From NCBI GenBank assembly GCA_951406725.2, contig OX597823.1:114018001-114082000 (forward strand): DNA of 64,000 nucleotides, written 5' to 3'. The notes under the pieces were generated by a model, which saw nothing but the letters and a program-made list of their open reading frames with translations, was not told the DNA's origin and ran no database searches. Of the stretch, positions 55,563 through 64,000 are shown one piece after another (position 1 is the first letter of the stretch; each line of letters begins with the position of its first letter). Position numbers and translations under genes: made by a program. The DNA comes from Octopus vulgaris (lineage: Eukaryota).

Positions 55563-55750
55563 ATAGTTAATCCAAACATGAAAACACAAAGAGAAAACAC
55601 CACAACACGAGGGAGTGGAACAAGTATAGTGTTATTGGACGCTCAGGAAAGAAGGAAAGAAGGAGTGTTTAACGTTTCGAGCGGAACTCTTCGTCAGAAA
55701 CATAGGGAAAGGTAAGATCCAAAGAAGGGAAGATGGAGGAAAAAAAAAAT
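55563..55750 (-). mobile_element. Second copy of the hammerhead-bearing TA-embedded repeat
   Basis: Reverse complement of ~2312-2498. Confidence 0.85.
55666..55702 (-). ncRNA. Minimal type-I hammerhead ribozyme motif
   Basis: Minus strand tgttt-CTGACGA-a-gagt-tcc-gctc-GAAA-cgtt-aaaca: perfect 5-bp stem I; stem II kept by U-G where the 2360 copy has C-G. Confidence 0.75.
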
Positions 55751-56209
55751 ATATACATATATATATATATGCCCACTTTAAATGTTATTGCGTAGCAATT
55801 GCACATCCCGACTAATTTCTGCAAACTAGTCACCCGGCAAACATTGTGAAGTAGGGTGTATTCAAAGTGCTGTTACATCTGATTTCATCACTCATGAATA
55901 AAAGAAAAGGAACAATTTTGGCAGCTCAGCTTATCAAAAGCAAAGTAATGACATGCTAACATTACAAAAATCTAGGCCCGCTGTAGCTGCTTCTGTTTAG
56001 AAATTCTGAAACCTCCTGTAACGTATCTCGTACAATTTCGCAAAGTAAACACGCCAAAATATACATTTTCTCTTTGTTGTTTGCTGTTAAAGATAAGCGG
56101 TGTTTTTTTCCGATTATAGTTTCTAGATAAAAGTAGCTTTCGTGTTTTCTTCGAATTTAGTAGTTTCATGGTCTCTATTCATGGAGCGGTGCGAGTTAGT
56201 GTTTTGGGA

Positions 56210-56357
56210 TCTAGGTTACATGCGACTGAAGGATATTTGAAAAGGATTACAGTATAATGGAAAACAGCCAACCTTGGTGGAATTTGAAATGATAAAGTAA
56301 TGTGTCGGAAGAAATCCCACAATGCATTTTTCGGACGCTCAAACGATTCTGCCAACA
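56210..56357 (-). mobile_element. Degenerate SINE family A
   Basis: aaaggat..ccaaccttggtggaatttgaa..aacgattctgcca. Confidence 0.6.
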
Positions 56358-56482
56358 GCAACAACAACGTATCTTACACTCCCTGGCTTAAATTTTATCT
56401 TCAGATTTTCCTATATTTGTGGCTGGAACTACCTTGCTGTCAGGTCGACATTAAGCTATATTTCATTATATTCGTTTATATA

Positions 56483-56715
56483 TATTTCCTTACAACCCAC
56501 AAGGGGTTAAACACAGAGGAGACAAACAAGGACAGACAGACGGATTAAGTCTATTATATCGACCCCAGTGCGTAACTGGTACTTAATTTATCGTCCCCGG
56601 AAGGATGAAAGGCAAAGTCGACCTCGGCGGAATTTGAACTCGGAACGTAACGTCAGACGAAATACGGCAACGCATTTCGCCCGGCATGCTAACGTTTCTG
56701 CCAGCTCGCCGCCTT
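56483..56715 (-). mobile_element. SINE family A
   Basis: Full length; TSD tcgtttatata at 56472-56482 and 56718-56728. Confidence 0.92.
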
Positions 56716-56866
56716 CATCGTTTATATAATCGTTTATATATTTTACTCAACATTCTCATACACTTAGACACATGTGTGTATGGCAAGCATTGTTAGGCAC
56801 GATTTGCTCTAATTTATTCTCGTTAAGTTATTGCAAATCTTACAAATATTTTGTCTTTTACTATTA

Positions 56867-56901
<35 letters not shown>

Positions 56902-57619
56902 GTGTCTGTGTTTATGTGTATGTAATATCTCATTTCTCGTGTTTCTTATCTTAGACTGAGATGATTGTAGTAATATAGTTTTTCGTTTTGGATAGATCCT
57001 GGTAATAACATTTTGCCAGAGTTTTACGAAGCCTATCTATATACAACTATTTCAACACGTGTGGACATTCTCACCATTCTGCTTCTGTATGTCAAGCTCA
57101 TAGTTTGTAAATATCAAACTCATATATGCATATTAATATTTAACTATAGATGTGTACATAAAAATGTGTATTCGTGTATATGTCATGTTCGTTACAAATA
57201 CATATTATATATATATATAAAATATTTTCTGAAAAGTTCATATTATACTCAGGAAAATGGTAGTAGTCTTATATAACTAGTAAATATATATTATTACACT
57301 GGCTTCTTAAGGTTTCACTCTTACCTAAGTAATGTATATCATGAGTTAGTAGGTCTTTCGTAGTATATTTTGATTACATTTCATTGTGTTTCACTTAGTA
57401 TTTCACTTCAGTATTTTTCGACCTGTTTTATGACCAGGGACATTTTAGTGTTATTGACACGAACAGTTTTGTCTTAGAAAAGTTATAATAGTTTTCATTT
57501 GAAGGAATTGTATCTCAAACTTTCGCTATGATACATACTCAGAGTGAACATGCACATGCGTTAGCAAGACAGATCACTAACCGCCGTGAAAGATAGACTT
57601 ATATTGCTTGTCAAACGGA

Positions 57620-58259
57620 GGTTCCAACTGGTTTACATCACCGAAGAGAGACACGGTTGTTTGAAATATAACGTAGATGTTATATGACGTACTAGCAGTA
57701 TCGCCCGGCGTTGCTCGGGTTTGTAAGGGAAATAACTATATAAGCATTTTTAGAGATGTAAAGTATAATAGCCATCTCAATATGGCTAACCACAAAGGGT
57801 GGGTGTTACTGTAGCTTTTTACGTTCTGAGATTTAATAATAAATTTTTAGAGAGTTACTTCCCTTATATATGCCAAAAATGCATTAAAAATGGGAAAAAT
57901 TGATGGTAAATTTGTTTTAAAATCGTAGACTCATCGTAGACGCGCGCTAATACCCAGAAGGGCTCGATATGAATCACGACTATAAGATACCCGGTTTTGG
58001 TTAAACTGCACCGCAAAATGTGGGAGTAGTTAGGAATATAAATCGTAGGAGACAGACACACAACTTCACTTTTATATATAAAGATTAGATGTAATTGAGT
58101 TTCCAAATGGAACCGAAGAGACACAGTTGTTTCAAATATAACATAGATATTGTATGACATATGCGACGTAAGGAAGATTCCAACTGGTTTACATCAACGA
58201 AGAGAGATATAGTTATTTGAAATATAACGTAGATATTTTATGGCGTATTAGATGTAATC
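57620..58259. repeat. Local ~80-bp tandem repeat (3 units) interrupted by a Helitron
   Basis: ttccaactggtttacatca.cgaagagaga.a..gtt.tttgaaatataacgtagat repeated at ~57622, ~58101 and ~58178. Confidence 0.85.
57692..58084 (-). mobile_element. Non-autonomous Helitron carrying an 86-bp H1 insert
   Basis: Same family as 42751; TC..CTAG termini on minus strand, A|T insertion. Confidence 0.92.
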
Positions 58260-58261
58260 AG

Positions 58262-58470
58262 AGCGGCGAACTGGCAGAATCGTTACCACACCGAGAAAAT
58301 GCTTAATAGCATTTCGTCTTAACGTTCTGAGTTCAAATCCGCCGCGGTCGACTTTGCTTTTCATCCTTTCGGGATCTTTAAAGTAAATACGAGTTGAACA
58401 CTGGGGTCGATCTAACCGACTTACCCCCACCCCAAAATTGCTGGCATTGTGCCAAAACTCGAAATCAATA
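58262..58470 (+). mobile_element. SINE family A, older subfamily
   Basis: gcggcgaactggcagaatcgtta..gagttcaaatcc..gactttgcttttcatcctttcggg..aaattgctggcattgtgccaaaa. Confidence 0.88.
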
Positions 58471-58848
58471 TTAGATGTATTTGCTTCATGTTGTGTATTA
58501 CTATTAATAGCGATGCATATATATTTTATTCAAAATTCATAAAGGAATAATTAGGAGCACATTAGCGAAATTCCATACATTAACACCTCTACAGCCAACT
58601 GTGCTCATTTACTTACATAAGAATTTAAGCTTTTCGTCTATTATTTTACTGTATATAATAAATTATATCGAAGCAAAATATAATAATTCACAAATTATAT
58701 CACAATCTTCAAACAGTTTTAAGAGTAACAATTATTAAGACTAAATATGTAATACATTGTGAAGTGATGTGTCTTTTTTCTGTGCACGCATGCGCACGTT
58801 TGCGGTTGTTCTTATATATAGGAATACACACACACACACATACACACA

Positions 58849-58934
<86 letters not shown>

Positions 58935-59656
58935 AAGAGAAGGAGAAATGTCGGGTAATATGGTACGTGTTGGATAACTTTTCATCGCATTAGTTAACAC
59001 ATTATGAGAAGAAAAATGAGACCCTAGTGTAAAGTGAAGGTGGTAGAAAGCAAGTAAAATATACGAGAAGGATCGCATCTCCTGTTTGTACTTTAAAAAA
59101 GTTTACAATTCTTCAAGTGGTCGTCTAGCAACTGATGGCCGATTTAAACGATGCACAAGAAGACAACGAGAAATATAAAGGATACGGTACATGCGCTTTG
59201 AGAAGACTAAATCTTCAAGAGGACATGCGATGCTTCTCTCTGAATTTAACACATGACTTTCTCCATTAAATGCATTCAAGTCTGAATATATGGAGCATAC
59301 GCTTCTTGAGTAGTAGATGAGTAGGGTTTTATCATGTTTCTCATCTTTGTTTTATATTACATATATATGTTTTTTGTTTATATTTCTAACTTTGTATCTA
59401 TCTGTGCGTCTAACGTCTTTTACAAATTGAAAAAAAATTACCAATATTAACAATATATCGTATGATATTCTAGCCGAACGCCTCTTTTTATATAAGTATG
59501 TATATACAGACACACTCGCACACACATAAGCACACGCACATAAACACACACACACAGTCACACATATATATATACATACCTAGAATTTTGTTTCTCATTT
59601 CCTCAAAATTCCTTAAATGTATGCAAGGGTTCCCATAGCAAAACAATACAAAGGAC

Positions 59657-59666
59657 GATTATTATT

Positions 59667-59698
<32 letters not shown>

Positions 59699-59750
59699 TA
59701 TTATCATGATTATTCTTCTTATTATTATTATTATTATTATCATGATTATG

Positions 59751-59843
<93 letters not shown>

Positions 59844-59845
59844 TT
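59657..59845. repeat. (ATT/ATC)n microsatellite
   Basis: Direct observation. Confidence 0.95.
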
Positions 59846-60257
59846 CGTTGTTTGTTGCTTTCAGTAGTGTTGCATCCACTAAGAGTTGTTCTAGTATTGT
59901 TGTTGCTATCCTTCTAACATCATCAACATTATCATCGTCATGTTACTTAATTTGATTCTCTTCAAAGTGATTCGATAATTTTATTAACCACTAACAAATA
60001 TTCATAGATACATTTAAGCACTGTTATATATATATATGCAAACGTACGTGCATATATAATACATATATCTACATATGCTTATATAAGTATATATAGATAT
60101 ATATGTATGTCTATATACACATGTAAAGGGATATATATATATAGACCTATATATGTGTACACACAAACACACTCACATATATATGTGTGTATATATATGT
60201 ATGTATGTATTTTTATGTATGTATACATGCATACATACATATATATATGTACATACG

Positions 60258-60294
<37 letters not shown>

Positions 60295-61997
60295 TATTGA
60301 TAGAAGTAAAATAGTTTCCATAAAATGAAGCCAAAATGGCGACGTCTATTCTCTTTGAAGTGTCCATCTATCCAAACAATCAGTAATTAATGTTTCCTGA
60401 CCAAAGCAAATGTAATTATTGTTGAATAACACGTGTTGAACGTCAATCTTTGTCCATCTGTAAGCTTTCATTTTCGCATTGCAAGTATATGGTGTATTTA
60501 CCAATGGAGAATAAATTGCGCTTTATTGACACAAATCTTCGCATGGTACAAGGGAAAACAAGGGAAAGGAAGCAAGCAAGAGGGAAAAGAGATAAGGAGA
60601 CAAAAAAAGAAAGAAAAGAGAACGATAGAATTTATCATATGTTTATGCTCCATTATTAAACATTCAGAGAGAGGACACTCGTACAAGTAGTAATTTTTTA
60701 AGTGCGCAATGGATGGATTGCTTTAGTCTCAAAAGCTTTATATCACGTTGTTTCCTTCCTTATTCTATCTCCCTGTCTACTTCCTATATCTACTCTCTCT
60801 CTCTCTCTCTTTATCTATCACTCATTGCTCCTATTTCTCTGTGCGTGTGTCTCATTCTTTCACTATTTCACTATTATTTTTCTCTCATCGACCATGTATT
60901 TATTATCATCGGTGCTGATCTCTTATCAAATGTTGGCTTAGTTTCAGATTCCGAATTTCAGATTCTCTTTTGTTTGAATGCTAAACATAAAACTAAATTC
61001 CATTCTCTAACTACTCATATACACTCTGTAAATATTAGAAAAAGATACGTGAAATTGTGCTTTCAAATCTTTCTGTATAAATTCCACTTGAACTAGATTT
61101 TAACCGTAGGATGAATTCACTATTTTCCCCACATTTTCTTTTTGCTTTTCATGTGTATGCGCGTTGTGTGTGTGTGGGAGTGTTCGCGTGTGTGTGCGTG
61201 TGTGTGTGCTAAATTTGATGTTCTTCAGAACTGCATATATCGTAACCATACGATTTGCTTAGTGTGACGGTCTGTTAAGTCCATAGTTTGGCGAATCAAC
61301 TCAGTATTCTGTTTTTGATCGAAATGTCAGTAGATCGAATGAAGATAAAGTAAGTACTTCGTATTAATTAGCTACAAGCTGATGAATTGTTAGTCCCTGT
61401 CTGTATTTTATGTTGGGTGGTGACTGTGAATGAGGCTTTAATAAAACGCACCTACCGTATTCATTCCGTCAATATGGCTGCTCCATGTGCGAAAGATTGG
61501 TTCCAAATCTTGTCCATCAAATTTATACATTTAAGCTCGATTGGGCGGTCAAAACTGGGAAGAATAAAAATATGTACTTACATATACATCCATGTGTATG
61601 AGCGTGTACCTGTGAGTATACACACACGTACACATACACACATGCACACACTCATCCACACACACACACACACATACATGCAAGTGATGTATTGAGATAA
61701 TAGACAAGACTTTACCGAGGCGTTCTGAATGTTTGAGTATACTATGATCTTAAAAGAATATTATTACACTTCACCGGCGACATTTTTCATTCAATGGAAA
61801 CCTAGTTTCTCAGAGTCTACTTCATTGAATACTTGCACTTTCATACTTTTGATTTTGTATTGAGCCCCCTGTTGCCTGTTGGTGTGTGTGTGTGTGTGTC
61901 TGTGTGTGTGCGTGTTTGTGTGGATATACATACACATATTTGTATGCATATAAATAAATCAGCATTCGGTTACGATTTCCCTCAGTTGGTAAGCAAG

Positions 61998-62158
61998 CTG
62001 CTGTGTGGTAAGTAGCTTGCTTACCAACCACATGGTTACGGGTTCAGTCCCACTGCGTGGCACCTAGGGCAAGTGTTTTGTACTATAGCCTCATGCCTAC
62101 CAAAGCCTTATGAGTGGATTTGGTAGACGGACACTAAAAAAGGCCCGTCGTATATATG

Positions 62159-62194
<36 letters not shown>

Positions 62195-62440
62195 TGTCTA
62201 TATGTGTGTGTGTCTGTGTTTGTGCCCCCAACATCACTTGACAACCGATGCTGGTGTGTTTACGTCCCCGTAACTTAGCGGCTCGGCAAAAGAGACCGAT
62301 ATAATAAATATTAGGCTTACAAAGAATTTGTCCTGGGGTCGATTTGCTCGACTAAAGGTGGTGCCCCAGCATGGCCACAGTCAAATGACTGAAACAAGTA
62401 AAGCAGTAAAAGAGTAAAAGAGTAAAAGAGTAAATGAGTA
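61998..62440 (+). mobile_element. SINE family C with (taaaagag)n tail
   Basis: Matches the 22424 copy; 8-bp tandem tail at ~62397-62440. Confidence 0.93.
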
Positions 62441-62789
62441 TTCTATTCCGAACTTACAATGGAAATAAAAGAAAAATTTGTCAAGTGCAAATTTAAGAGG
62501 ATCAAGGATCTTGGAAGAAAAGTGCTTGTGTAATTGTGAGAAGGGACGTTGCAGTGGTGAACCTAATACAAGTGAAGAGATGTGGAGACATATGTTAGTC
62601 GAATGAACCTAGATGAACTAGCTTATCACTAACAACGTTGCTAGAGCAGATGCCTGGATATATGCCAAATAATCAGAGAGAAAGAGAGAGAGAGAGAGTA
62701 GTCAGTCTGTGGGTCGAAAGAGAGAAAGACTATAACAATCGGTTAAATGGCTTTACCTTGATTGCAATGCATGGTCCTGGGGCCGTAGC

Positions 62790-64000
62790 AGCAGCGTCTA
62801 CCATATGTGAGAGCAAAATCCCATTAGGGAACTTACATGAGCATTGTAAATTATTAGTCATTGATGGAGGAATTGAGTATTTTCACTTACTAGATATAAA
62901 GACCAGTAATGGTGAAGTATTAGTTATTCTTAGAATGGTCATTCTTGAGGAGGAATGTTCGAGAATACTGAGACACTGTAGCATTCTGTCTGTATTTGAA
63001 AGAAAAGAGTAGATACATTTTTAAGACCGGAATAATATGGAAAGTGACTGAATTATTTTGTTATTGAAGATAATATTGGTCGGAATCTCTCTTCTTGGAA
63101 ATATCTCAGAGCTTCTTAGGGTGCATGGAGATGATGTTTTGGGAGTGAAAATTTAAAGTAATTAATGACAGTACCATTAGTGTAGAACTGTACGTTACTG
63201 GACGTGACGAGTGGGAAGTTTTTGATGTAAAGAAGAAAGAGTGCAGAATCAAAAACGAACATTGAAGCACGCCGGAATTGTATGAATACAGGTGATAGAG
63301 TGTGAGAAAGTGAAAGAGAGAGAGAGAGAGAGAGAAAGGAGCGAAACAGGGGAAAAAGCGAACAGGAGGCAGGAGGAGTGAGAGAGAATAAGTGAGAGAG
63401 AGAGAGACAGAGAAAGAGAGAGAACATCGTCTGTACATGACACAATGGTGCGATTTTATAGTAAAAAGATAAAATCACACACACGCTCTTTATTATCAAA
63501 CTTTACCAACAGAAGCTGGGAAGGTGTCGTTGCACGTTCAGCCAATCTGTTCGAGAAAGGTTAAACAAACTCCATCGACTTATTTCCTAACTTCTCAAAA
63601 ATTGAAACCACATATTCGCTATATATTAATCCAGTATTCGCCAAGGGTTAAACTATAATAACATTAAGCATATACTTGTCCGCTGTAAACACTGTCGTAT
63701 CTAAAGAGACAAAATCTGTAAACAGGCAGTTTTGCCAGTATATGAACGCGACAGAGAGCGTTGAAAGCTTTGACGATGTCGAAAGAGAAGATCATAGTTA
63801 AAGGGCAATGAAAGAGTGGATATGCACCTCGCACGATGCGGTTTATCACCACTGAATGGTTCAGAATAGTTAATTCAGTTTGTAGTGTTGAGGCGAGGAA
63901 AAACGTTTCCGTCACGATTAGATTTGTTTTACAAAAGTACAAACAGAGTGTCAGATGAATCAATCTTTCCAGTACAGAGAGTGTTTTGACAAATTACGAG
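62790..64000 (-). pseudogene. Decayed LINE (CR1/Jockey-group) reverse transcriptase, interrupted
   Basis: 63664-63963 SFDIVKAFNAL..ILAKLPVY (DxxKAFD motif); ~63150-63290 NSGVLQCS + LFLLYIKNFPLVTSSNVQFYTNGT (cf. SGVPQGS..LFLLYINDL..YADDT). Confidence 0.75.

Noticed and set aside
62638-63012. 124-aa plus-strand ORF as a host gene
   Set aside because: Includes an (AG)n run and lies antisense to a decayed LINE RT; no recognisable domain

Overview
AT-rich, microsatellite-saturated eukaryotic non-coding DNA (intergenic or large intron). The SINE repertoire and (TA)n/(CA)n/(AAT)n density look like an octopus/coleoid cephalopod genome (inference from pattern recognition, not a search). No intact protein-coding gene is supported; nearly all ORFs in the track are simple-repeat artefacts. 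Recognisable content: three abundant tRNA-derived SINE families (many with TSDs), decayed R4/Dong RLE retrotransposons (one sitting in a (TAA)n target), decayed CR1-group RT fragments, mariner relics, two non-autonomous Helitrons, a TTAGGG-containing MITE and a hAT-like element. The most interesting signal is a set of short non-coding elements that mostly sit in (TA)n arrays and either (i) carry minimal type-I hammerhead ribozyme motifs of the Penelope-like element (PLE) kind or (ii) share a 'long inverted repeat + one-sided tail' architecture. These include a head-to-head tRNA-head/microsatellite/hammerhead palindrome, and a decayed GIY-YIG PLE whose downstream segment matches one of the hairpins. 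Together they suggest a PLE-mobilised, ribozyme/hairpin non-autonomous retroelement system. All coordinates and alignments were read by eye.
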